Below, one piece after another: positions 12,451-25,254 of a stretch of DNA of 64,000 bases. The DNA comes from Octopus vulgaris (lineage: Eukaryota), in the NCBI GenBank assembly GCA_951406725.2, contig OX597819.1, forward strand, positions 35,588,001 through 35,652,000. Reading direction: 5' to 3'. The translations under genes and the position numbers were made by a program. Below the pieces are notes generated by a model that saw nothing but the letters and a program-made list of their open reading frames with translations, ran no database searches and was not told where the DNA came from. Position 1 is the stretch's first letter. Every line of letters starts with the position of its first letter.

Positions 12451-13651
12451 TTGTTTAGCTATTGCTGCTTTTCTCCTTGCCATTTTACCATTAAAAAAAA
12501 ACAAAAACAACCATTAGCTGCAGCAGGCTTAACAGTTTGAAATGAGACAGGCATTTTCTAGTTTCCTCTCACATTGTGAATAAGTAGCATTGTCCTTAAC
12601 AGCCTGCTTAGTCATCGAGTGCACTGCTGAGCTGCGGTCACCACCTCCTTTGACTTTCAAAACAACGTTATAATACACATTGGACTGCCAAAGTGCAAGT
12701 TTTCAACTACATACTTTCGGTTTGTTAAATCTGTATGTGTCACTGCTCTTCCATTGCCACTGGACATTCAAGAATAACAAATCATTCTTTTTTTTCTGAT
12801 TATAATCAATTCATTTCCAAGATAACTGGTGTATGAGTATGTTTCATGTGTATAAGGCTTATATCTGCTTTTTGAATGTTGCAAAGCTTACCAATAGCAC
12901 ATGAGATGCCTGGCATTTCCAACATTTCCCCTCACCATGGACTCAGCATACTCAAGATGTGTTCTTCATTTGACACTCTTTGCCATGATGCTGATCTGTT
13001 GACTTATGCCTCTAGAATTACTGCTACCCATATGGTTAGGGATCAATGTTAGATGGGTTCAAACAATTGTAGTGATCAATAAACATTCTTGTATCTTCCA
13101 TCTTCTACTTCTCTTATTAATCAAAGTAGATACATGCATACATACACACATTGTTAAATTAAAAGCAGGAGAGAGGAGGGGACTTAGAGGAAGTGAGAGA
13201 GAAAGAGAGAGACACAGTAGATACATAGATCGAAAGAAAAGCTGATACATTGATACACATACACATTGTTAAATCAAAGGCAAAGCTACAGCGAATATTG
13301 GATGTCACTTTCACTTTTCATTACCATACGAGGATAAAATGAACTCTGAGTACTCCACAGACATGCATACAATTAATGTAGTTTTCAGGGAGATTCAGAT
13401 TCACACAGAATATGACAAAGCTGGCTCCTTTCAATTTCAACTCATTTTTGCCAGCTGAGTGTAATGGAGCAAGACAAACCTACAAGTGGTAGGAAGAAAA
13501 TGAAAAAGAACCTATAAAGGGGCAGGAAATCTTTTTAGTTGTTAGGGTTGCTATGGGTGTATATATACAGTGAAGCTTTATTATAGTGTTGTAAATTTAT
13601 TGACTGCTATTTCCAGTAAGCAGTGGTGTCTTGTTGTACCATTACTTTCTC

Positions 13652-13689
<38 letters not shown>

Positions 13690-13778
13690 CATATATATAT
13701 ATATATATATTTATGTATGTATGTATGTGTATATATATGTATATATATTTATATATCATTATATATATATGTATATAG

Positions 13779-13809
<31 letters not shown>

Positions 13810-13940
13810 TGTATACATACAGCCTTGTGAGTGGATTTGGTTGATGAAAACTGAAAGCAGCCTATTATGTATTGTGTGTGTGTATGTGTGTGTGCGTGCA
13901 TGTGTGTATGTGTGTGTGAGTTTGTCCCCAACTGTCCATA

Positions 13941-14292
13941 GGCGCAGGAGTGGGTGTGTGGTAAGTAGCTTGCTAACCAACCACATGGTTCCGGGTTCAG
14001 TCCCACTGCGTGGCATCTTGGGCAAGTGTCTTCTGCTATAGCCCCGGGCCGACCAATGCCTTGTGAGTGGATTTGGTAGACGGAAACTGAAAGAAGCCTG
14101 TCGTATATATGTATATGTATGTGTATATGTTTGTGTGTCTGTGTTTGTCCCCACCCAACATCATTTGACAACCGATGTTGGTGTGTTTAGGTCTCCAAAA
14201 AGAATAAGTCCCGGGATCGATTTGCTCGACTAAAGGCGGTGCTCCAGCATGGCCGCAGTCAAATGACTGAAACAATTAAAAGAGTAAAAGAG
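13941..14292 (+). mobile_element. SINE family B (tRNA head, CORE-like segment, internal microsatellite)
   Basis: GGCGCAGGAGTGG..GTGTGGTAAG (A box), GGTTCAGTCCC (B box), CTTGGGCAAGTG, tail (GTAAAAGA)n. Confidence 0.9.
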
Positions 14293-14356
<64 letters not shown>

Positions 14357-14358
<2 letters not shown>

Positions 14359-14850
14359 TGCAGGTGTGGCTGTGCGGTAAGACATTTGCTTTCCAACCAC
14401 ATGGTTCTGGGTTCAGTCGCATTATGTGGTACTTTGGGCAAATGTCTTCTACCATAGACTTGAGTCAACCAAAGCCTTGTGAGTGGATTTGGTTGATGAA
14501 AACTGAAAGCAGCCTATTATGTATTGTGTGTGCGTGTACATGCGTGTGTGTGTGTGTGTGCATGTGTGTGTGTGTGTGTGCATGTGTGTGTGTGTGTGCA
14601 TGTGTGTGTGTGTGTGTGTGTGCATGTGTGTGTGTGTGCATGTGTGTGTGCTTGTCCCCTACTGTCCACTGCTTGACAAATGGTGTTGTGTGTTTATGTC
14701 CCCCATAACTAAGCGGTTCAGCAAAACAGACTGATAGAATAAGTATTGTGCTTAGCAAAATAAGTACTGTAGCCGATGCATTTGACTAAAATTCTCCAAG
14801 GTGGTGCTTGTGCATAGCCACAGTCTGAAGACTGAAACAAGTAAAAGAAT
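14357..14850 (+). mobile_element. SINE family B, diverged
   Basis: Same head, core and tail motifs as 13941-14292. Confidence 0.8.
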
Positions 14851-15210
14851 AACAGAATGTATTTTTAAAGGATAAAAAAATATATTAAACAAAAATGTCA
14901 GGTCACTCAGGTGCTACAGGTGCTATAGGTAACATGTGACCCAGTACAACCTGCTGCATAGCTAGGTCATCAGTGACTAAACTGGCAACCCTACCATGCT
15001 TGTTTGGCAAGATGGGTGGAGATGAAAACAAAACCTTGTTAAGAAACCATGGTAATCTAGTATTATGTGCATATGTAATTGTTTTACATCTTATATTTTT
15101 ATATATTTATATTTTTATATTCTTTTATATTCCTTTTTTTAAATACATACATACACACATATATTTTTGTGCATGCATGCATGTATATATATGTATGTAT
15201 ATGTGTATAT

Positions 15211-15830
15211 ATCATCATCATCATCATCATCGTTTAACGCCTGCTTTCCATGATAGCATGGGTTGGACGGTTTGACTGGGGTCTGGGAAGCCAGAAGGCT
15301 GCACCAGGCCCAGTCTGATCTGGCAGTGTCTCTACAGCTGGATGCCCTTCCTAATGCCAACCACTCCATGAGTGTATTTATATTTATTATATATACATTA
15401 TTTATAATACATTGTACATATGTATGTATATCATCATCATTTAATGTCCATTGTCCATGCTGGCATGGGTTGGACAGTTTGACCAGAGTTGGCAAGCTGG
15501 GGAGCTGCACCAGGCTCCAGTCTGATTTGGCTTGGTTTCTACAGCTGAATGCCCTTCCTATTACCAACCACTTTACAGAGCATACTGGGTGCTTTTACAT
15601 GGCACTACATGGACACTTTTATGTGGCACCGTATAGGTACTTTTATGTAGCACAGCATATGTGCTTTTATGTGGTGCTGCATGGATGCTTTTACATGGCA
15701 CCTCATGGGCGCTTTTACAGGTCAATCCTCACTGCCAGTGGGACATGTCGTAACACTTCTACTGTGGAGTAGGGTCTTCTTGAATACAGCAAGGCACCAG
15801 GCATCTCAGTCCTTTACCCTCTTACCTGAA
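15211..15830 (-). mobile_element. Two adjacent SINE family C copies; the second has ~21-bp internal repeats
   Basis: (CAT)n tails at 15211 and 15430; CTTTTAYRTGGCAC units at 15590-15720. Confidence 0.8.
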
Positions 15831-16581
15831 AGGTTCAGTATCCAGAGGTCATTCTTCAGTGCTTCATGCTAATGTCTTTCTGGGTTTCCAACTTCTATGT
15901 GTTCCATTTACTTTGAGAGATTGGTACTTCTTTATGGAGCTGTCAGCATCCATCTGCAGTCTTCTCTCTTGCACACATCAACTAATTCCTCTTATACATA
16001 GCTCCTCTCTCAATACACTAGCACTCGAACATGTAAACTTACATTACACATCCAGTGGAGCATACTAGACTCACTCCTCTCTAACCTTCACATGTCCTCT
16101 GCATTCAGGACCCATATATCACTGCTAATTAGAATTGCTGTCCATATACATGCATCATACAATCTTTCTTTCACTCAGAGAGGGAAACCTTTCATAGCTA
16201 ACAGAGGTAACAGCTCTCTGAATTTCCTCCATCCTAATCTTATATGCACATATATATGTATCTATGTACATATATATATATATGATAAAAACTTACTTGG
16301 AGAAATAAGAAAGTGACGTGAGGCGTTCAATCATATAATAACAATTTAACAAATAAAACATATGCATACATACATACATATATGTACATACCTACATCTA
16401 TATGTATATATACATACATATATATATATATGAGTACAGGACACCATAAATAAACGTAGAACACAACGAGAAACGAAAACATAAAAACAAACAAGGAAAC
16501 GGACTTTTACGGCTTTTATAATTATTTGTTATATGATATTATGTTATGTTATATTCATAGTATTTAATGTAATATACATAC

Positions 16582-16646
<65 letters not shown>

Positions 16647-16710
16647 TAATATATATATATATACACACACATATATATGTATATATATATATATACATAC
16701 ATATATATAC

Positions 16711-16745
<35 letters not shown>

Positions 16746-16967
16746 TATATATATACATATATATATATACATATATATGTATATACATATACATATATAT
16801 ATATATATACATACATATGTATATATATATATATACATACATATACATATATATATATATGTGTATATATGTATATGTATGTATATATATATATATATGT
16901 ATGTATGTATGTATATATATATATATACATATATGTATCTATCTATCTATATATGTATGTATGTATG

Positions 16968-17027
<60 letters not shown>

Positions 17028-17989
17028 TATATATGCATATATATATACATATGTATTTATGTATGAATCTATCTATCTATCTATATATATAGATATTTTT
17101 TTATGTATGCATAAATATATACATATATATATTATGAAATCTCCCGTCGATTTTGACATATGAGGATCTGACAACCCACTTTTTCTTTGTCAGTCACAAT
17201 GCTTATGTCGAATGTGACATTTAAATCCTGTCAACGACTGTATATTTGCAGCTACTTTTCTCCTTTGCATTGCACCCCTAAGCTGGTTGCAACAAAAGTT
17301 TCTTATACCATTTTGACAACAACCATCTCCAACTCGTTCACTCCAAACATATATACACAAATATACTTACTTATACATTTACATTTTATGAGATCGATTA
17401 TTGTTATGTACTGTACTAAACTGATATCATGTTCAGGTTGGCCTGACCTTTTAGCTCTCTGCTATTGATAACACTGCAACCGGTGACCTACTGAAAAGTA
17501 AACACAATGGTTAAACCAGATAAGGCTTTGTGTGGCTTTTGTTGACTCTCTATGGAGTAGGTCAACAAGAACAATAATAACAATCAATGATAACTACTAT
17601 TTCAAATAGCCTCAAAACAGTGGTTTGATCTGTTAGACATAGCAGCTAAATCTACTTGACTCTAAACTGAGTGAGTGGTGGTTGTTGGAATGACTTTGAT
17701 CTGTTCTCAGGTTTGTTCAGTCAAGGCTGCACTCATGATAAGCATTAACAACAATAAAAACAATGAGTGTCATATCAGGTAAGCTTCCCCGAAGCAGTGG
17801 CACGATCTGCTGGAAATAGCAGCCAAATCTTTCTTATATCACACAGTGCTAACTTAAAAAGTGAAGACTATTGGATTAATATTTAAAAAGGAAAAAAAAA
17901 ACAAAACAAAACAAAACAAGTGAAAATGGCAATGGCCAAAATGTCTTTGATTATAAGTTTGTATGATCAGTGATGGTCTGGTAAATGCC

Positions 17990-18388
17990 ATCACCACCAC
18001 TACCACTACCACCACCATCACCAAGTACAATAACATCTACAACAAGAGCACAAATCTCAAGGACACCATCAATACTACTACCACTGCCACCCATACCCTC
18101 CCTAACCACCACTACCAAAAATGGAAAACAACAACAGCAGCAATATCAATGAAAACAAAAACAGTCACAACACCACCACCACCACCACCACCACCACCAT
18201 CACCACTACTAACGACAACACTAACACCACCATAACCATCACCAACACCACAAAAACTAACAACACCAGCACCACCACCACCATCATCGCCGCCACCACC
18301 ACCACAACTACAGTCGCTGCCATCACCACCACCACCACCACTGCCACCACCATTGCCCCCCCACTAGCTGCTTCTGCTGCTGCTGCTG

Positions 18389-18430
<42 letters not shown>

Positions 18431-18435
18431 TAACA
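17990..18435. repeat. (ACC)/(AAC)/(ACT) trinucleotide low-complexity tract
   Basis: Direct inspection. Confidence 0.9.
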
Positions 18436-18689
18436 ACAGATAGGTCCACTGATCTATTCTGTGTAATCTTTGCTACTTTTAGGTGACAAAGTTAATTTTT
18501 TTTACCCCATTGTTTGTAAAGTATAAGATAATAATTATAATGTCATTTATCAATATCCTAATTAAATGACCAATATCTTATGATCGAAATTTGGTAGAAG
18601 GAAACTTAGCAGAAAGTTGTCAAATAAGTACATTCATACAGAGAAGTACAAATAAACACCTATCTACCTATATATATATATATATATGT

Positions 18690-18885
18690 CTGGCACCTGT
18701 GCAGGTAGCACGTAAAAAGTACCCACTACACTCATGGAGTGGTTGGCGTTAGGAAGGGCATCCAGCCGTAGAAACATTGCCAGATCAGACTGGGCCTGGT
18801 GCAGCCTTCTGGCTTCCCAGACCCCAGTTGCACTGTCCAACCCATGCCAGCATGGAAAGCGGACGCTAAACGATGATGATGATGA

Positions 18886-18889
<4 letters not shown>
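18690..18889 (+). mobile_element. SINE family C
   Basis: GGTTGGCGTTAGGAAGGGCATCCAGC...GGACGCTAAACGATGATGAT. Confidence 0.88.
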
Positions 18890-18920
<31 letters not shown>

Positions 18921-18924
<4 letters not shown>

Positions 18925-19470
18925 GTTGTTTCACATGAAATGTTGCATTTTTAATTACTTGTTATTTCAATCATTTAAAAACTCAATTATGTATACCTTG
19001 CAATTAATCTTGACTCTTTTTCTTTGCCAACAATATTAGTATACAAGATTTGTACCCACAGACCTTATGAAAATGATAACACCCAAACTATGGTGAGTGA
19101 TTTTCTCGTATGAGTCACTCTGCCACAGAAGCTCTACAGAATATCAAGCAGGCCTTTGGTAATGGTTTTGTTGATAGAACAGTGTAAAGATGGTTCTAAA
19201 GCTCTTGTTTAGGAGATGATAGCCTTTAAAATAAACCAAAGGGGTAGGCAAAAATTAGTTATTTGGCACGATAGGTTAAATGCTTTGGTTGAACAAAATC
19301 CAAGAACAGGTTTGAAAACTTTCATCAGAACTCTAAACATCTCACACAACTGTTTTGGACAACTGTAAAATATTGGAAAAGTCAAGAAAATGGATAGGTT
19401 TGTTCCACATCAATTGAATGAGATTAAAAAAAAGACAGATGCCTCGAAGTGTACTCCTTATTGCTTTCTT
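18921..19470 (+). mobile_element. mariner-type transposon, degenerate 5' part
   Basis: TA-flanked TTAGGTTG terminus; remnants HSATEALQNIKQAFG, RTV*RWF and VKKMDRFVPHQLNE (WVPHEL-like motif). Confidence 0.7.
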
Positions 19471-19479
19471 GATTGGAAA

Positions 19480-19864
19480 AAGACCATTGGCTGTCAGACA
19501 ATTTCTGTGGCCACATTTGTCCACCTAGCTCTCCAGACTGCAAACCACTTGATTATTATGTGTGGGGCGCAATTATGCAAGAGACCAGCAAAACTCCTTG
19601 TAACTCCAAAGATGAACTGAAGGCAAGGATTTTGACAGCATTCACCAACTTAAACAAGGAGACCATCTAGAAGAGTTTCAGGAGATTCCAAAGTCATCTG
19701 GAGGTGATGGTTGAAGCCAACGGCGATTTTATTGAATAAACTTACTCTTTTGCATTTCATAATATTTTTATGTAATTTTGGTAAATATATCTGTTAAAAT
19801 TAGATGTCACTGTTATTTACATTTTTGCGTAATTTAGATGACAATTTATTCACCACACTCTGTA
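19480..19864 (+). mobile_element. Tc1/mariner superfamily (maT-like) transposase 3' fragment
   Basis: CPPSSPDCKPLDYYVWG (WPPxSPDLNPLDY-like) and a possible terminus CACCACACTCTG-TA. Confidence 0.7.
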
Positions 19865-19892
19865 TACATGCATACATACATTCATATATGTA

Positions 19893-19975
<83 letters not shown>

Positions 19976-20025
19976 TATCTATCTATATCTATATCTATCT
20001 ATCTATATCTATCTATCTATCTATC

Positions 20026-20058
<33 letters not shown>

Positions 20059-20162
20059 TATATATTTATATAAAATATAATTAAGATTCAGTTGAATTAG
20101 GTACTTAAATTGAGACACCTTACCAGTTTGGTATAGTCTGCACAGCTCCAAGTTAGGTGAAC

Positions 20163-20378
20163 AGGATGTAAATAAGTAACAAGGATGTAGAGGTATCAAT
20201 ACATTTTGGCCATTTCCAGCGGCTCCATTTAATAGATCAGTGAAAACATTAGGTCAATTTGAAAGAAACCGCACTCTTTCAAATTGGTTTAGAGTTTTCA
20301 TTGATCAATTAAATGGAGCCACTTGAAATGGGCATAATGTATTGGCACCTGTACATCCTTGTTACCTATCTACATTCT
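20163..20378. mobile_element. Foldback/MITE-like imperfect palindrome
   Basis: GTAACAAGGATGTA...GGCTCCATTTAAT...CAATTTGAAAGA mirrored by TCTTTCAAATTG...ATTAAATGGAGCC...TACATCCTTGTTAC. Confidence 0.85.
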
Positions 20379-21148
20379 ATATATACAAGTAAAATGGCCC
20401 TCATCCAATGGACGGTACTGAATCATATCTGCTGAATAAAAAGCAATCAGTGTTTTCTTTTCAATAAAAAATAATCATACAAACGCAGACAAGCACACAG
20501 ACAGAGAGGCACACACACATACACACACATGCATGCACACACACATATATAGAGAAGAGATTGGTTAACAGAAAAACAAAAGCCTGTGTGAAGTTCTAAA
20601 TGCAAAATATTTATTGTCATTAACATAAAAATGTTGTGACAAATGATAAATAAAAGATATTCACATCAAATAAATCAGCTTGTGTGTGCCCTTGAAAGAT
20701 GTGTATACCAACAATGACTGTAGACTGTGGCAGTTATTGAATTCTGTAGGCAAAGTAGACTGGTGTAAATTCCTGCAGTCAAGGCAATGTATGACCACTA
20801 ACTACTTACAGTGCCCCATCTATTTAAAGCCAAGCTCTATCAAAGAAAAGGCGCCAAAGACAAAATTGTTAATGACAATCCCAAATGTTGTTTGTTACAA
20901 CTGGGATGTAATGATTAAACATCTGTTGGTTCTGTTCTATTATTTTCTCTGGTCAGCCCAGCTACTGATAAAAACATGAACTTAATTTATCATAGACTTG
21001 AATGAGTTAGTTGCTTGCTGATGCCATCAATCTGCAAGAGAATTTTGCTGTGAGGTTTAGTTGTTTTTATATCCAAACACTATGATTTAGGTTTGATTCC
21101 TAAGCAGTGAGTTGATGTTTGGGTTAAGGTTTACTATAACAACAGAAA

Positions 21149-21958
21149 GATGAGCATGAATCTAGTGATTAGTGTCTAACTTTACTGGACCAATGAGCAT
21201 GCACCTGGTGATTATTATCTTACCAATTTGGATAGGTGAGTATATACCTGGCTATTATTATCTAATCAAACTGGACCTGTGAATATGCACCAGATAATTA
21301 TTTCTAATCAAACTGGATAGGTGATTATGTACTGGGTGATTATTATATAACCAAACTGGACAGGTGAATATGCACCTGGTGATTATAATCCATTCTACTG
21401 GATAGGTGAATACCTGGTGATTATTTTCTATTCAAATTGGACAAGTGATTATGTACCTGACGTTTATCATCTAACTAATCTGGACAGGTGAGTATGTACC
21501 TGATGGTTATCATTTAACTATCCTGGACATGTGAGTATGCACCTCATGATAAGTATCTAACTACACTGCACAGATGAGTACCTGTTGATTATCATCTATT
21601 CAAACTGGACAGGTGAATATATAACTGATTATTATAATGTAACCAAATTGAATAAGTGGAGATGCACCTGGAAATTATTATCTAATCTAAATCTAATTTG
21701 ACAGGTGAGTATCTGATGTTTCTTATCTACCCAATTCGGACAGGTGAGTATGTACCTGATGATTATCATCTAACAAATTTGAACAGGTGAGTATGTACCT
21801 GGTGATTATTATCTAACTATACTGGTCAGGTGAGTACCTGTTGATTATTATCTAATCAAACTGGACAGGTGAATATGTACCTAACAATTATCATGTAACA
21901 GACTGGACAGGTGAGTATGTACTTGGTAAATATTATCTAATCTAATTTGACAGGTGAT
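21149..21958 (+). repeat. Minisatellite, about 18 units of 39-43+ bp
   Basis: Consensus close to TGGACAGGTGAGTATGTACCTGGTGATTATTATCTAATCAAAC; unit starts at 21314, 21357, 21399, 21438, 21481, 21524. Confidence 0.95.
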
Positions 21959-22061
21959 ATTATAATCAAAGCTATCTAAATAAAGTCCTCTTCTGTTCTT
22001 ACTCAATTACTTTTCATCTTTTTTCATATCTCCATTTTTTGTTTGTTTTCAGTTACATTAT

Positions 22062-22248
22062 TGAAGTAAGACAATTTACAAAAGACGGGCATGACCTTAT
22101 GATAGGCTTCATTTAACATTCAATACAGCATAATTCACAGTATGTTCCACAATAAAAGCAGGCAAGGTGGCAAGAGTTAACCACGAGCAATGAAACATCT
22201 AATGAGGACAAACTTTAGATACAAACACAAATCATACTATTTAGGACA
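22062..22248 (-). repeat. 3' LTR of the Gypsy element
   Basis: Direct repeat of 25104-25254 with an extra 36 nt (about 22085-22120). Confidence 0.88.
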
Positions 22249-22250
22249 AA

Positions 22251-22480
22251 GGTGGCGAGCTGGCAGAAGCGTTAGCACGTCGGGCGAGATGCTTAGCGGT
22301 ATTTCGTCTGCCGTTACGTTCTGAGTTCAAATTCCACCGAGGTCGACTTTGCCTTTCATCCTTTTGGGGTCGATAAATTATGTATCAGTTATGCACTGGG
22401 ATCGATATAATCGACTTAATACCTATGTCTGTCCTTGTTTGTCACCCCTATGTTTAGCCCCTTGTGGGTAATAAAGAAAT
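22251..22480 (+). mobile_element. SINE family A inserted next to the 3' LTR
   Basis: Full-length match to 11673-11905. Confidence 0.92.
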
Positions 22481-25103
22481 ACATAATGGATCATACATAA
22501 AAGGAAGAAACATTTTACAATACGTGTTTGTTTAAACAGTTTTGTTGTTTGTTCAGGGATGTTAAGGTTTCTCAACCTTCAGAACAATTGGACTATTTAG
22601 AGTCTAGGTTTCTCTATTACGCAAGTTGTAAGGTCTGGTTCTGATAAAGGAAGTGTGGTGACGGTGTGATCGCAAAATAGTGGAATGATTAGGGTTAGTA
22701 TTGGAGTTAAGGGATTCATTTTGATTAGTATTATAGTCGGCAGAAGACTTCACATCATGTGTCTTATCAGGTAGTGCACCTATGTCTTGGATTTGATCGA
22801 CAGCTCCCTCTACAAGAGAAGAATGTTCATATTGTTCACAAGTGTAAGTAATCTTTGCTTGAGGGATACTCATGTCTTTCGGCAGGTGCAGCTGGTCTGG
22901 GGGCTGCTGTGAGATAGGGGCTGGCTTTTGAGCGTACAGGTCTACTACGTCCTTTTCTTTGGGTGGAGCCTGGTGGCTTAGAGACACTGTAGTTTCTCTT
23001 CTATTCTGCAGTTTAACATGAGCATAGAGTGGATTGCAGTCCAGTAACTCCACTTCATCCACCAGCAGTTCATGTTTGGAAGGTCTCACATTTTGTCTCA
23101 TCAGAACAGGACTTGGTGATAGAAGCCAACTGAAAAAGGCAACAGGTTTTCTACTTTGATTAAGAGTTGCTGCAATAGCTATGTCTGAGGCATCCATCTC
23201 AACCACTAGGGGTAGAGTTGGGTCAATAGTCACAATAAATGCTTTTGTGATTTCTGCTTTTAAATACTCAAAGGCATTTTTCACTTTTACTGGTAAGGGG
23301 AATGTTTTATTTATTATGAGAGGACAAACTTTATCAGAAAAATGTGAAATCCATAATGAGTAGTTAGAGAACATGCCAATGACCCTTTTTGAAATTTGGA
23401 GTCATGAGGGCCAGCTTGTTCCTTCAAAGATTGCAATCTCTCAGGATCAGGTTTGATGTTTCCTTTTGATACTTGAGACCCTAGTAACTTGATTTCCTTT
23501 GCACTGTAAATGCTCTTTATTTTCATTGAAGATTATGTTATTCTTCTTAGCACAGTTGAGGAAGTGCGCGCGATTTTTGTCATGGCTTTCTTGATTCTCT
23601 CCACAGAAGGTAATATTATCCAAGAATGCAAAAGTATTCTTGATCTCTTCTCTAATCATATTGTCCATGATGCGTTGAAAACAGGCAACTCCATTGGTGA
23701 CCCCAAAAGGAATATGCTTAAAATGGTACAAGTGGCCTCTGGCTTTGAAAGCTGTAAAATGTCTCTCTTCTTCCTTAATTGGTATCTGATGATAGGTGCT
23801 GTGGAGATCTAATATACTGTACATTTCATACCTTGACATGCTCTCAACTATCTCATTGATTCTTGGCAATGGATAAGCATTGAGCTGAGTGAAGCGGTTA
23901 ATGGTCTGACTGTTTTCAACTACGAGTCATTTCTCATGTCTTTCATTTGTTGTTACCAAAAGCTGAGCCCTCCAAGGTGATTTTGAAGGCTCAGTGATGT
24001 CATCACATAACAGTTTTTGTATTTTGAAATAAGAGTGGTGCTTCAACTTTTGCTGCTGCTATTCCACACACAGAAAAAGTAAGTTTTTCTCCTTTGACAG
24101 AAATCTGAAGTCCTTCATGCTCATCCAAGAAATCATGTCCCAGTATAACATCTGAACACAGTCTGGGTACACTTGACCTTGGTAGCAGAGTTGCACAAAA
24201 CAATGTCCTTCTGTTACACTTGAAAGTTTCGTGGAAGCCATGGAAGTCTTTCTCTCTGAGGGATAAGTGTTTAGTTCCAGGGATTTGGCAAGATCAGTGA
24301 AGATGTAGCTCTCAGAACTTTCAGTGTCAACAAGAGCTTTGATAGAGGTGTCATTGATGGAAATATTGATGATAGTTTTAGACAGGCTAGTAGGTGCAGC
24401 TGCAATAATAACTACACTTAATTGAGGATCAGAGGCAGATACAAATTCAGACCATGTAGAGTTAGGCCTAGATTGGCAAACCTTTAAGAAATGTCCCTTT
24501 TTACCACATCTTTTGCCAGTGGCATTCTGTGCAGGACATTTTGACCTAGGATAGGTTGTGTAAGTAAGGGATTGCCTTTCAGCCATTTCAAGAGATTAAG
24601 CCAAGTCAAGACCCCTTTGAAGGTCAAGAGTTTTATTTTCCAACAGTCTCTGCCTGATACAATTTGAGCTTAAACTACTGATGGATGCATATCAAATGGC
24701 GTGTTCACAATTCTTTTCTGCAGTAACAACTTTAAAGTTGCATTCTTTGGAAAGTCCTTTAAGCTTTTGTAAAGACTGGTCTAAGGTTTGACCTAGATCT
24801 TGTTTTGTAGTAGCGAGAATACGCCTGGTGAATATTTCATTCCGTGGTTTTAACATCCAAGTTTTCAAGAGTTTCATTAGCAGTTTCATAATCAGGGCAT
24901 TCTGTAATATGTTTGTACACTGATGGAGCCAAAAAATTTACCAGCAAGTGGAGTGTATCAGGATTTTGATCTTCAACAGAAGATAAGAAATTGTTGAAAG
25001 TTTGGTGCCAGTGGTTCCAGTTCTTTGCAGCATCAGGAGAATCAAGGTTGGCATCAAAGCATTCCAGTTGAAGAAATCATTCCGTTTTGAATGTTAAATA
25101 AAC

Positions 25104-25254
25104 TGAAGTACTACAATATACAAAAGCAATACATCGTACTTCACAGTATGTTCCACAATAAAAGCAGACAAGATGGTAAGGGTTAATCATGAGCAATTAA
25201 ACATCTAATGAGGACAAGCTTTAGATACAAACACAAATCATACTATTTATAACA
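25104..25254 (-). repeat. 5' LTR of the Gypsy element
   Basis: Direct repeat of 22062-22248; gag remnant starts about 18 nt downstream. Confidence 0.88.

Larger units (their letters stand above)
22062..25254 (-). mobile_element. Ty3/Gypsy LTR retrotransposon, degenerate and internally deleted, with both LTRs and TSD
   Basis: LTRs 22062-22248 and 25104-25254 (TG...CA); TSD ATTAT on both sides. Gag with zinc knuckle (KRCGKKGHFLKVC), protease ALVDTES, RT (LDLHSTYHQIPI, PFGVTNGVACFQR, FLDNI), start of RNase H (EMDASDIAIAATLNQ) and integrase-tail-like sequence. Confidence 0.93.

Noticed and set aside
21149-21958. CRISPR-like appearance of the 43-bp array
   Set aside because: There are no unique spacers, whole units are homologous, there are no cas genes, and the context is eukaryotic.
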